A stretch of 64,000 nt of DNA from positions 1 to 64,000 of the IMG/VR virus record IMGVR_UViG_3300032305_003086; one strand, given 5' to 3'. Positions 27,705-37,258 of this stretch are shown here, piece by piece. Made by a program: the position numbers and the translations under genes. The DNA comes from a virus (taxonomy: Duplodnaviria > Caudoviricetes). The stretch's first letter is position 1; every line of letters begins with the position of its first letter. The notes under the pieces are model-generated. The model did no database searches, was not told the origin of the DNA, and saw only the letters and a program-made list of their open reading frames with translations.

Positions 27705-28626
27705 TAGAAGTATTCTCTCCATAGAAAAACAAAGATGCAAATCTAGAATTTTCAATAAACGCTGGGGCTAGTGAATGCAAGTTAGATGAATGTTGTCTAT
27801 CCAAATATTGCTTTATGATATTATCCGTAACTTGTTCTATATCTAAATCTTCGGCTCGTTTAAATTTGTGAGCAAATTCTTGATGAGAAAAACACTCCCA
27901 TTTCATATCTCCATCTATTTTGCTTGTTATGGATGAAATGTGCCAACCGTGTCTATCTGTTTGCATAGAAACTTTTTGTATCGGCGCTGTATAGCTATTG
28001 TATACTGTTTTTCTTTCTTCGTCATCAAATCTAAACTCATACGAGGCTATGTGGTCCAATTTATGAGGAACGCACTTTAGATTAATTCTTCTATAGTCAT
28101 TTATGTTGATTTTTTTAATATTAGAGTAATTTGTAACATATCCTTTTCTCCATATTTTTTTTGTTGGCGAGTTACTTATACTATATTTGAAGTTGATATA
28201 TGATAAAAATTGTATTCTATTGAAATCATTAATTTGATCAAGATATTGTATATTTTGAATTTCATCTATATCTTGAATACAAATAATATCATCGGGTTGT
28301 GCAATATTTGACAAGGCTTCTTGTAGCCTGTTTCTGTGTTCAAACTCAACAATCCACCTATTTTCCTTTAATGGAAGATCATTAAACCCTATAAAATTAC
28401 CTTTATATGGTTTAGGTAAATTATTGATTTTTACATAAATTATTCTATCTTTATATTCTTCAAATAGATAGCTATATTTTTCATAAAAAAAGGGTTTTTT
28501 AATTCCGCTAAATGTAGAGTCTGCCTCTGCTATAACGATAAAATCAAACCATTGTAAATCATATTTAATACGGGCTTCTAATAGCCATATTTCGTTGTTC
28601 ATTATTAAGCAGTTATATTTTTTCAT
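27697..28626 (-). CDS. Glycosyltransferase family 17-like (GlcNAc transferase)
   Basis: NEIWLLEARI, EADSTFSGIKKP, QDIDEI, GWHIS and FSHQE. Confidence 0.85.
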   Translation of the reverse strand: MKKYNCLIMNNEIWLLEARIKYDLQWFDFIVIAEADSTFSGIKKPFFYEKYSYLFEEYKDRIIYVKINNLPKPYKGNFIGFNDLPLKENRWIVEFEHRNRLQEALSNIAQPDDIICIQDIDEIQNIQYLDQINDFNRIQFLSYINFKYSISNSPTKKIWRKGYVTNYSNIKKININDYRRINLKCVPHKLDHIASYEFRFDDEERKTVYNSYTAPIQKVSMQTDRHGWHISSITSKIDGDMKWECFSHQEFAHKFKRAEDLDIEQVTDNIIKQYLDRQHSSNLHSLAPAFIENSRFASLFFYGENTSNE

Positions 28627-28627
28627 T

Positions 28628-30919
28628 TTAAAAACAGGTTCTTAACCTAATAATATTATAGGCGTTAATACAGTTTTGTCTCATCTCTTCTATTTTATCA
28701 ACAGGGATTGATTTTAGTATATCAAAGACATTTTTAATATCAGTTGTTAATATAGTAACTGAGAAGTCGTCCCAATTATAGCCTTTAATATCTGGTCTGA
28801 TCCAATCATTTTCAAACAATACTGGAATAGACCCAACAGCCATGCTTTCCCAAAGTCTAATGGTATTTGGCCCAGTTCCTTCTGGGCACAAACTAAATAC
28901 AGAATCGGACAATACGGTGTTGTATTCAAAGGTCTCAACTTCTTCCAAGCTAATCTCGTACTCAGATAGAGTTTGTTTTTTAATTTGTTTTTTATAGACA
29001 ATATTATTATAAAACCATGAATTTTTGAGCTTAAAATAAATCTCATCATTATCTTTTAGTAGCTGATATAGCTGCTCTCTTATGTCAGACGGATACCATC
29101 TGTCGCGCGCTCCTATAAAAGAACACAAATATTGCTTTTCTTCATATCTTTTGATTTTAATCCCTTTGTTCCTGTTGGGATTTTCTATATTAGCTGCGCA
29201 TATATGCCATGGAAATAAATTTATCCCATCTAGGGGGAACTTATATGATTTTTGGCTCAAATGTGACAGATGAATATTATTAATTCCAATTTTTTTCCAA
29301 AATCCTAATAGTTTGTGCCAATTTATATGCTGACAGACTGTGTGTGTATTTTTATTGGATGGAATTTCAATCTTATCAAATATCTCCTCTAAATAATTTT
29401 TACAAATAGGTTCATGTAAAAAATCATCACATTTGGGAAATTGTATTTGTAAAGTATCTATTATACTTGCCCATGAGCAAGCAATATATAAATTATCCGT
29501 AGAGTCATTGTGTATATTACTATGGTTGTAAAAAGATTGTTTTTCTGTTATTGCTGGTGATTGCCAAAGAACAGATTTAACTTCTAAAGTTTTATCATCT
29601 TCAGAAAGACTAATTTCGATATTATTTATTTCTTTTTCAACTTCATCGATTTCTTGTTGGGTTTTAGCTATTACCAATTGTTTAAATGATATTTTAGAAG
29701 ACACAGAACTAAAACTGCTCCAATTTGATCCTATTATTTTAGATGTTTTAGATAATAAAAATAAATCCACCACGGCATCGTCTTGATTATATTTAGGTTC
29801 ATACATGCAAACACTATTAAAAAAAGTTTTATTTGTGTTATAAAATATTTTATCTCTATATTTATTTAAAAAAATCTCATTTGTTTCTTCGCTATCTGTT
29901 GATAAGAAAAAATTTACATTAGGATTTTTATCTATCTCTTCGTCTAGTAAACAAAAAAAACTTTGATCATCAGATACTTTAAATTGATTTTTGCATGTAC
30001 TATTCCATGCATCTCCTCTTCTTATATGTATGCCAACCGTATTGTTGTTGAAATTAATATTATATATTTTATCTATTTTATCTTGTATCCATTTAATAGG
30101 TTGTAGGCGAGAATAAAAACAGTTTTGTTCTTTGAAAAAATGTGGCATCATATACTCTAAACAAGAATCACCGCTATAACAAAAGTCTTCTGTCAGAATC
30201 TTATGAAAAATACTTCTTACAGATTCATTGAATGTATAGGAAATACTATCATCTGACTTAATTATACTCGATTTTAGATCAAATATATTATTTTTTTTTG
30301 TAGAATATTCTTCACCAGATATAAAATTAATTTCTTGATTAATAAATAAATCTGTAAATTTATCATTTGACCATCCCGGACCAGACTCCCAACATACGAA
30401 CAAATTTTTGCCAAAAAGTATTGATAGACTATAAAAAGAATTGATGGTTCTTAACCTATTGGCCAATCCATTTTGCACTTTTATGTATACGTTTTTTTTA
30501 TTCTTTTGAGGTATAGAGAATTTGTTTTCTAATGTTTTTTTATATTTGAACTCTAAATTAATTTTGTTTTTAAGGTCTTGGATTGCATTAGCTGTAACCT
30601 CACACTTACCCCATCCAGTTTTTGAACAAATATCTTCTGCTTTAGCGATATAATCAAAAGCCAAAACAAATTCATTTTGATTTAGAAAAACCTTAGATAA
30701 TCCTAAGCAAGCCCAAGGAGTTTGACCAATTTTCAAAGCTTTTTTATAAAGTGATATTTTTCTATGATCTCCGTCATCTAGGCAATTAGCGTATCTTATT
30801 AAAAGTTTAAAGTCTTCAGTATCATCTGTAACTATTTGTTGATATATGTCTCTAGCTTCAATGTGGCGACCACTCAGTTGTAACTCGTATGCTTTTTCTT
30901 TTTGTTCTATTATATTCAT
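28628..30919 (-). CDS. Multidomain glycosyltransferase: TPR, fucosyltransferase-like (GT11/GT23-like) and exostosin (GT47)
   Basis: TPR N-terminus; GLANRLR, GIHIRRGD, SSFS; C-terminal FSLCPEGTGPNTIRLWESMAVGSIPV. Confidence 0.85.
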   Translation of the reverse strand: MNIIEQKEKAYELQLSGRHIEARDIYQQIVTDDTEDFKLLIRYANCLDDGDHRKISLYKKALKIGQTPWACLGLSKVFLNQNEFVLAFDYIAKAEDICSKTGWGKCEVTANAIQDLKNKINLEFKYKKTLENKFSIPQKNKKNVYIKVQNGLANRLRTINSFYSLSILFGKNLFVCWESGPGWSNDKFTDLFINQEINFISGEEYSTKKNNIFDLKSSIIKSDDSISYTFNESVRSIFHKILTEDFCYSGDSCLEYMMPHFFKEQNCFYSRLQPIKWIQDKIDKIYNINFNNNTVGIHIRRGDAWNSTCKNQFKVSDDQSFFCLLDEEIDKNPNVNFFLSTDSEETNEIFLNKYRDKIFYNTNKTFFNSVCMYEPKYNQDDAVVDLFLLSKTSKIIGSNWSSFSSVSSKISFKQLVIAKTQQEIDEVEKEINNIEISLSEDDKTLEVKSVLWQSPAITEKQSFYNHSNIHNDSTDNLYIACSWASIIDTLQIQFPKCDDFLHEPICKNYLEEIFDKIEIPSNKNTHTVCQHINWHKLLGFWKKIGINNIHLSHLSQKSYKFPLDGINLFPWHICAANIENPNRNKGIKIKRYEEKQYLCSFIGARDRWYPSDIREQLYQLLKDNDEIYFKLKNSWFYNNIVYKKQIKKQTLSEYEISLEEVETFEYNTVLSDSVFSLCPEGTGPNTIRLWESMAVGSIPVLFENDWIRPDIKGYNWDDFSVTILTTDIKNVFDILKSIPVDKIEEMRQNCINAYNIIRLRTCF

Positions 30920-31740
30920 AAAATAATAAAGTCCATGGGTTGGTCTAATATGTATTCAAACGTTGAGTCTTCAATACCTCTAATTTTATTTTCAAGCCAC
31001 CGTCCAATGATAACTTCTTTTTTAATATTAGTAGTTTTAATTGGCATTATGTGATATTCTACGATTGAAGGATTTTCCGGATTAGTTGTAGGACTAACAA
31101 AAGCCAAAGATCCAATAATTGAAGTGTCTGCTTTATCATATGTTCTTATTTTAGATATGTGCCTGTGGTAAGACTTTATCTCATAAAAAGGATTATAAAG
31201 ATCCCAACCATGCACAGAAAAAATATAAGCTATTTTATTATCACAGCGATACTTTCCTGTTGGTACATCTAGTTCTTTTATAAAGCTAAAATTATTTTCT
31301 TTGCTGAAATTAATAATCCAAGAATCTTGCGACCATTGGGGGTTTTCGTGGGGAACAATATGTTCATCAAGATCTTCATATCTAGACAAGCACATTAAGC
31401 TATTTGGTTTTTCAAGATATTTGTATACTTCGTTGATGCTATCGTCAAAATACATATCGGCATTACCAAATATAGAAACGGTATTATTTTTGATAGAGTA
31501 GTCAATCCAATCTTTATATGTAGGGATTCTATCTATTTTTATGAAATTTAATTTATTTGCGTAGATATCCGGCTCTTCAAAAAAATGATAGAAGTCAGAA
31601 GATCTAGTGTTTTGATCAAGAAATATGTTTATTTTATTGATGCATGGATTTCTTATGTTCTGAGTTAAACAATAGTCTAACTCTTTTTGCCTATACTCAG
31701 ATTCAGACTTAAAATAAGTGGTAAACAGATTAATTTTCAT
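30916..31740 (-). CDS. Putative GT-A glycosyltransferase
   Basis: RQKELDYCL, NADMYFD, SQDSW and CDNKIA; lies inside the GT island. Confidence 0.6.
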   Translation of the reverse strand: MKINLFTTYFKSESEYRQKELDYCLTQNIRNPCINKINIFLDQNTRSSDFYHFFEEPDIYANKLNFIKIDRIPTYKDWIDYSIKNNTVSIFGNADMYFDDSINEVYKYLEKPNSLMCLSRYEDLDEHIVPHENPQWSQDSWIINFSKENNFSFIKELDVPTGKYRCDNKIAYIFSVHGWDLYNPFYEIKSYHRHISKIRTYDKADTSIIGSLAFVSPTTNPENPSIVEYHIMPIKTTNIKKEVIIGRWLENKIRGIEDSTFEYILDQPMDFIIL

Positions 31741-32714
31741 GAAAAAATATTTTTGACCTCATCTATGTGAGTATGACGTCTCATTTTATGATAATAATTT
31801 TTTTCAAAATAGTCTTTAGCATTAATTTGCACATTGTATTTATTAAAAACTAATTGTAAAATATTGATAAATTTTTCTTTCTGTTTTTGGGCTAAAAGTA
31901 TGTGATCTTTTCTAATCCTATCCCCATCTCTGGGGTTGTTTTTAAAAAATTCAACAGATTCTGCGACGGAATCTTCGTCGTCATCACATATTATAGAGTT
32001 ATAGTCATTATACCAAAAGTCTCTTCCTCCTAATGATTTTGTAGAAACAACCGGTATGCCGCACAATAGATATTCACTTGAGGAAAAACAGGCTCCTTCC
32101 ATAGCAGATAACATTAGTCCGCAATAAGATTGATTAATTTTTTTACAAACTTCTTCTATATTGAGTTGCCTGTCATTGTTGTAAATATGTGGCGGTAAAG
32201 AATAAGATAAACTTGGGCCACAATGATTATTTCCACCCGCAACGATAGCCAGCTTATCCACCTTTCTTGCTAAGTAATGTCTTTTGAAATCTCTTTGTCT
32301 GGAAACTAGTATGGCATCGTATTTTTTTTCTATAACTTCGGGCTTTATTATGTTTTCATCTATCCAAGCATTATGATTTATCAATTCTCCAAAAAATCCT
32401 TTTTGTTCTAGAAAATTTTTCTCTTGAATAGAGTTGAACAGAAAGAAAAAATTGTTCTTATTCAGTTTTAGATACTCGAACATTTCATGGTAGTGCTTGG
32501 CATGATGATTATCCATATACCAACCACAATAAACAAAGAAAAAATGACTATCGTTGATTTTATTTTTACATTCATCAAGCCAATTAAAATTATGAACTAT
32601 ATTTTCAATAATAAAAATATTGAGTCTTTTATCTTGAAAGTAGTGTCTAAATGGAAAATAGACATTTGGCCAAACATAAAAGGGCTTGAATGTCATTGGT
32701 AAAATCCTAATCAT
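31737..32714 (-). CDS. GT-B glycosyltransferase (GT4-like)
   Basis: KRHYL and EGACFSSSEYLLCGIPVVST (E-X7-E motif). Confidence 0.8.
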   Translation of the reverse strand: MIRILPMTFKPFYVWPNVYFPFRHYFQDKRLNIFIIENIVHNFNWLDECKNKINDSHFFFVYCGWYMDNHHAKHYHEMFEYLKLNKNNFFFLFNSIQEKNFLEQKGFFGELINHNAWIDENIIKPEVIEKKYDAILVSRQRDFKRHYLARKVDKLAIVAGGNNHCGPSLSYSLPPHIYNNDRQLNIEEVCKKINQSYCGLMLSAMEGACFSSSEYLLCGIPVVSTKSLGGRDFWYNDYNSIICDDDEDSVAESVEFFKNNPRDGDRIRKDHILLAQKQKEKFINILQLVFNKYNVQINAKDYFEKNYYHKMRRHTHIDEVKNIFS

Positions 32715-33727
32715 ATTTCTAATTCCAGTTCAAGAGCATCTATATCTATGATTATATTAAAAGATTTATCCGCTTCTATTAATATATGTTTGTATTTTTC
32801 CGCCATCTTGAATGCATTTCTAAAATTGTAACACACTCTGTTGTTTGGGCAAAACTCTATTATTTTAGCTTCAGGATTACAGAATATAGAATTTGCAAAC
32901 ATAGATCCATGTGCTCCAATTATAATTTTTGCATTAGCGAAATATTCAACCACTAAATCAAGTGGTTCTTGCCCATTTAGAATAATAAATTCTTTTTTGG
33001 ACAGAGCATCAATAACTTCTTTTTCATTAATAACACCTCTATTCCCAACTTTAATATGGTTTCTGCTTAAATATAGGCTATATTTTGGCTCGATATTTTG
33101 TATGTTAAAGAGTGAAAAATACCTCTCTAAAATCCAACTGTAGGCGTCTCTGTCTATTTCTGTTGGTATTGTTGGGGATAATGAATATATTAAATTGCGT
33201 ATCTTTATGTTCAATTCATTTGCCACTATCAAGTCTTCTTTTCTTATGTCTCTTTCAGAAAACGCAGACAAGTGTTTTATAAAGTCTGTAATTCTGTCGT
33301 GTGTTGATACTATAAATTTAATATTTGGATCTTGTATTTGAGATTTTATAGGATAAAGTCTTTGAAGCGTATCAAATAAATGCCCAAAAGCATAATAACC
33401 AAAAGGATGTGTTAAGTCTACGCAATTCTCAACATCTATAAAATCAGAACATTTAAAAGCTTGTTCATGTTTATTCTTAATATCTTTTCTTCTAATTTGA
33501 ACATGTTCGTTCAATATGTTTTTGTCACGCATAAATCTAGAAATGCAAGACGGCTCCCAAAAAATACGCTCGTCTAAAGTTTCAGGTAAAACAACTCCAT
33601 CTTTATCAAATAAAATACCATTAGACATAATCACATTATGAAACTCATAAGATAATTTATCGTGACCAAAATAGTTATGATTTTTTGATTCTAAAAATTT
33701 GATTGTATTTCTTTTTGGCAATTTCAT
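32711..33727 (-). CDS. Glycosyltransferase family 61 (DUF563)
   Basis: FGHLFD, LYLSR, RGVINEKE and IIGAHGSMFANSIFC. Confidence 0.85.
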   Translation of the reverse strand: MKLPKRNTIKFLESKNHNYFGHDKLSYEFHNVIMSNGILFDKDGVVLPETLDERIFWEPSCISRFMRDKNILNEHVQIRRKDIKNKHEQAFKCSDFIDVENCVDLTHPFGYYAFGHLFDTLQRLYPIKSQIQDPNIKFIVSTHDRITDFIKHLSAFSERDIRKEDLIVANELNIKIRNLIYSLSPTIPTEIDRDAYSWILERYFSLFNIQNIEPKYSLYLSRNHIKVGNRGVINEKEVIDALSKKEFIILNGQEPLDLVVEYFANAKIIIGAHGSMFANSIFCNPEAKIIEFCPNNRVCYNFRNAFKMAEKYKHILIEADKSFNIIIDIDALELELEI

Positions 33728-34485
33728 TTGTAGGCAATCTTTACATCTTTATCGTAATAAAACCAATCCTTAGGAGATCTATAGTAATCTCCCTTACCAA
33801 GAATGTAAGCTAAATGACTGAATCCGCTTGGTGATCCAACGACTACATCTGCGTTTGCCATATGGTAAAACGCTTCAATATCTGTTTTGTGTGTTAGTAT
33901 TGTGGGATTGAATTCGTTAAATATACTTACATCCTCAAGATTTGGTTCGGATGTTATGTACAAGTTATATTCTCCATCGTTCTCAAAAATTTTCTTCACT
34001 AATCTGTGGAAGTAATCAACGCCTAAGATTCTTGATTCCATACCAACGGCATCACCTCTTCTTATGTGGACTATCAAATTATTGTTTTCTTTATATGGGT
34101 TTTTTTCGTAGTATTTGGAACCAAGTCTTTTTTTGTGTTGTTGGTAAAGCTTAAAAATCGAATCTTTTTTAGGCACAGGCTTCAACAACTGATTGAATAT
34201 GCTGCTGTTTTTTCCAAGATCAAGCCTATACAAAACGCCTTCGTTTTTTTGATTCAAAATGTCATCGGCACTATTTACATTGATGCTTGACTTTTCTTCA
34301 CAACTCAAAATATGCATGTCATTAAATGAAAGAACATGCTCAAAATGAGAAGAGTATCCCGAGAATGGATGATATACTGGGGTAAGGTTGTAGAAATTGC
34401 AAATAAGCAAAAAAGAAAAGTAGTTGTTAGTTTGATGCCCTATCCTGGCTCCTTTGTCGTGTTCAATACACAGATAGTTTGTCAT
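33724..34485 (-). CDS. Fucosyltransferase-like protein (GT11-like)
   Basis: IGHQ, VHIRRGD and ADVVVGSPSGFS. Confidence 0.7.
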   Translation of the reverse strand: MTNYLCIEHDKGARIGHQTNNYFSFLLICNFYNLTPVYHPFSGYSSHFEHVLSFNDMHILSCEEKSSINVNSADDILNQKNEGVLYRLDLGKNSSIFNQLLKPVPKKDSIFKLYQQHKKRLGSKYYEKNPYKENNNLIVHIRRGDAVGMESRILGVDYFHRLVKKIFENDGEYNLYITSEPNLEDVSIFNEFNPTILTHKTDIEAFYHMANADVVVGSPSGFSHLAYILGKGDYYRSPKDWFYYDKDVKIAYK

Positions 34486-35321
34486 TTTGGCCTCTTGTAA
34501 TCAATCAAATTATAATTGAATGCGTCAAGTTTATCTTGAGCACGTTTTATATCCTTCCACCCAGTCCAAGCAGGGTCTTTGTAAGAACGAACCCATTTTT
34601 CCATTCTTACTTTTCCTTCTTCGCTCCACCTAAAGTGATGAGTCTTTCCAGAATCACTTATTTTTATACCAAACTCGTCAATAAACTTTTTATCTATGTA
34701 ATGATGCCCACAGCCAACAAATTTATAGTACTCTTTTTTAATCAATGAAATTTTTGGAAATCCATATAGTTCATTGTTAAATTTAGGAAATTGATCAAAT
34801 ATATCTTTGTCTACTTCGATTTTTTTTGTAAAACCATCTTCTGATATTCTTTCTACTGTTGTTCCACACATCACATCACAACCATTTTTTTCTAGATCAT
34901 CTATTGCCAGCAGGACATTGTCCTTAATATACTCGTGGAATTCGTCAAGATCCGCCGGTATTACATAATCTATGTCGTTTTGGATTTCTAATAATTCTTT
35001 TGTTCTGTTTACACCAATTGAATCATTTAATACATGAGGCCCAATGTTGTATATAATTTCTGGGTATTTCTTTGTTGTCTTATTCACGAAATCTTTGAAA
35101 TTTTCCTCATCTTCTGGGAACCTGTAACTGAAGTTAGCAATAAAAATATTAGCTCCAACTTTTTTATAATAGCTTATAAAATGATCGATCAGGTAGTCAT
35201 CTTCGTGACAAGCACGAAATAAAATAGCAACTTTTTTAATAGGCGTTTCAGTTATTCTATCGAAAATATCCGCAGGCCCATCGACTGAAGACCCTAAATA
35301 TTTTTCTTCCATTTTATCCAT
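34482..35321 (-). CDS. Glycosyltransferase family 2-like
   Basis: DHFISYY, PADLDEF, GHH and HHFRW. Confidence 0.75.
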   Translation of the reverse strand: MDKMEEKYLGSSVDGPADIFDRITETPIKKVAILFRACHEDDYLIDHFISYYKKVGANIFIANFSYRFPEDEENFKDFVNKTTKKYPEIIYNIGPHVLNDSIGVNRTKELLEIQNDIDYVIPADLDEFHEYIKDNVLLAIDDLEKNGCDVMCGTTVERISEDGFTKKIEVDKDIFDQFPKFNNELYGFPKISLIKKEYYKFVGCGHHYIDKKFIDEFGIKISDSGKTHHFRWSEEGKVRMEKWVRSYKDPAWTGWKDIKRAQDKLDAFNYNLIDYKRPK

Positions 35322-35328
35322 AACGCTC

Positions 35329-36642
35329 CTAATTAGTAAAACAGTCCATTTGTCTAAAATATTTATAAGCGTTAATACAGTTTAATTTCATTTGTTCTAA
35401 CTCCTCTTCAGAGAAAGAGCGAAGTATGGAAATAGTATCTTTTAAGTCTGTTTTTTTGATAAAAACAGAAAAATCGCTCCACTCTAACCCTGTTATTTTA
35501 GGGGGCGTCCAATCATCTGAGAATATTACTGGAATCACACCTATTGCCATGCTTTCCCACAGTCTAATTGTATTAGGCCCAGTCCCCTCCGGACACAAAG
35601 AGAATATTGAGTCGCTGAGTATGTCGTTATATCTTTGAGTTTCTTTATCATAAGACTCCATGTACTCACTAGATAATTTCTCTTTTTTAACTTGATGATT
35701 AAAAACAATTTTTTCATAAAACCATTCATCTTTTAATTCATAGATTATTTGGTTTTCTTTTTCTAATATGTTTTTTAAATCTAATCTGATTGTGTTACGA
35801 TAATAGTTTGTATAAGCTCCAATAAAAGACGCTAAATATTTTTTGTTTTTATTTGTTTTGACTTTTAAGTCTCTTGACCTGTCTTTGTTTTCGTAATTAG
35901 CCGCAATCAAAGCCCATGAATGAAATTTTATCTTATCCGTATTATTTATATTTTTTTCATAATGAGATAAATGAACGTCTGTGATTCCGATCTCCTCCCA
36001 CAAATCAATTAACCAGCTCCACCGGATATGTTGACATACAGTATGCTTTTTACCATCTTTTGTAGATATAATATTTTTAATTTTTTGTATATTTTCATCG
36101 TTCAAAAACATACGCTTGTCTATGAAAGTTGCCCAAGGAAACGAAACATAATATTCTTTTATCTTTGAATTAACAAAAGCATGATTGTAAAAATAAAATT
36201 TTTCCGTACATGCTGGAAACTGCCAATTAATTTCGTTCGAGTTAATGCTAATGATAGAATCTTTAGCTTTTATATCTAATTGATTAATGGACATAAGTTG
36301 TTTTTTATTTGATGCATTCTTCAAAAAATAATGATGAAATAATCTTCTTCTCTCCGTCACGCTATTTTCACTAGCCCAGGGTTGATAATACCCTTCAATA
36401 TTTGGAATATTTTTTTCATAAGAAATTTCATCAAATTCAATAGGGATTTCAATGATCCAAGCTATTCTGTCTAAAACTTGATGTTCATAATTTTCATCAA
36501 TATTTATGTGTGCGAAAACGTTTTCGCCATCCATTATCAACACATGATCTGGGTGAACTTCGACATTAATGTTTTTATCAAAAAAAATATTATTTTTTTG
36601 TTGAAATCCAAGGCTTTTTAGAATGGAAAATAAACTAAACAT
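35329..36642 (-). CDS. Exostosin family glycosyltransferase (GT47)
   Basis: ASFIGAY and FSLCPEGTGPNTIRLWESMAIGVIPV; paralogous to the C-terminus of 28628..30919. Confidence 0.85.
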   Translation of the reverse strand: MFSLFSILKSLGFQQKNNIFFDKNINVEVHPDHVLIMDGENVFAHINIDENYEHQVLDRIAWIIEIPIEFDEISYEKNIPNIEGYYQPWASENSVTERRRLFHHYFLKNASNKKQLMSINQLDIKAKDSIISINSNEINWQFPACTEKFYFYNHAFVNSKIKEYYVSFPWATFIDKRMFLNDENIQKIKNIISTKDGKKHTVCQHIRWSWLIDLWEEIGITDVHLSHYEKNINNTDKIKFHSWALIAANYENKDRSRDLKVKTNKNKKYLASFIGAYTNYYRNTIRLDLKNILEKENQIIYELKDEWFYEKIVFNHQVKKEKLSSEYMESYDKETQRYNDILSDSIFSLCPEGTGPNTIRLWESMAIGVIPVIFSDDWTPPKITGLEWSDFSVFIKKTDLKDTISILRSFSEEELEQMKLNCINAYKYFRQMDCFTN

Positions 36643-36670
36643 ATTTTTTTTTGAGATCGATCCTTTTTAG

Positions 36671-37246
36671 CTAACATATATTAAAAAAAAAATCATCCTT
36701 TAATGACAATATATCTTTAAAGTTAAAAACTAACCAATCATTGTATTTCATAAAAAATTCAAAATCTTTATATAGATCTTTGCCTATATCATAATGCTTT
36801 ATAAAAGCCAATCTAGGCTTTCTATCTTTTTTCCATAAAAGCATTGGCTTTCTGCCAGTTCTTTTGGAATCTTCAGAAACTTGTTTTAAGAATTCGTCTA
36901 ATTCCTTTTGGCCTTTATCAAAAGCAGAACAAAGATCTATATCATTATAGCCACCTTTTGATTCTAAAACAAATTTAAAATTCTCAGGACAAACTAAATC
37001 TCCTGAAAAATTATTTATAGCATTTTTAGAAAGAAATACATTTTGCCCCCACCTGTTTCCACTGCCTATTGTTCTAGAAAACTTGCCCCAAGAAGGATTA
37101 GAGTTTAATATTTCATGAAACCTAGAATTAAGTTCTTTTACAACTTCTAATTCTACTCTTTTGCCTTTCTTACCAGATTTTATTTTTTTTGTTTTATTAG
37201 ATAGAACGTTCTCTATCTCTACTTCTATTTTTTCTTCTTCTTCCAT
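36671..37246 (-). CDS. Holliday junction resolvase-like PD-(D/E)XK nuclease
   Basis: SGKKGKRVELE, SG, GDL and ESK motifs of Hjc-like phage resolvases. Confidence 0.75.
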   Translation of the reverse strand: MEEEEKIEVEIENVLSNKTKKIKSGKKGKRVELEVVKELNSRFHEILNSNPSWGKFSRTIGSGNRWGQNVFLSKNAINNFSGDLVCPENFKFVLESKGGYNDIDLCSAFDKGQKELDEFLKQVSEDSKRTGRKPMLLWKKDRKPRLAFIKHYDIGKDLYKDFEFFMKYNDWLVFNFKDILSLKDDFFFNIC

Positions 37247-37258
37247 GAACTAAAATAG

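Noticed and set aside
26220-36642. GT island as a DNA hypermodification (T4 glucosylation-like) locus
   Set aside because: No hydroxymethylase, base kinase or similar DNA-modification genes in the window, and the GT families are glycan/protein-type. Not fully excluded without the rest of the genome.
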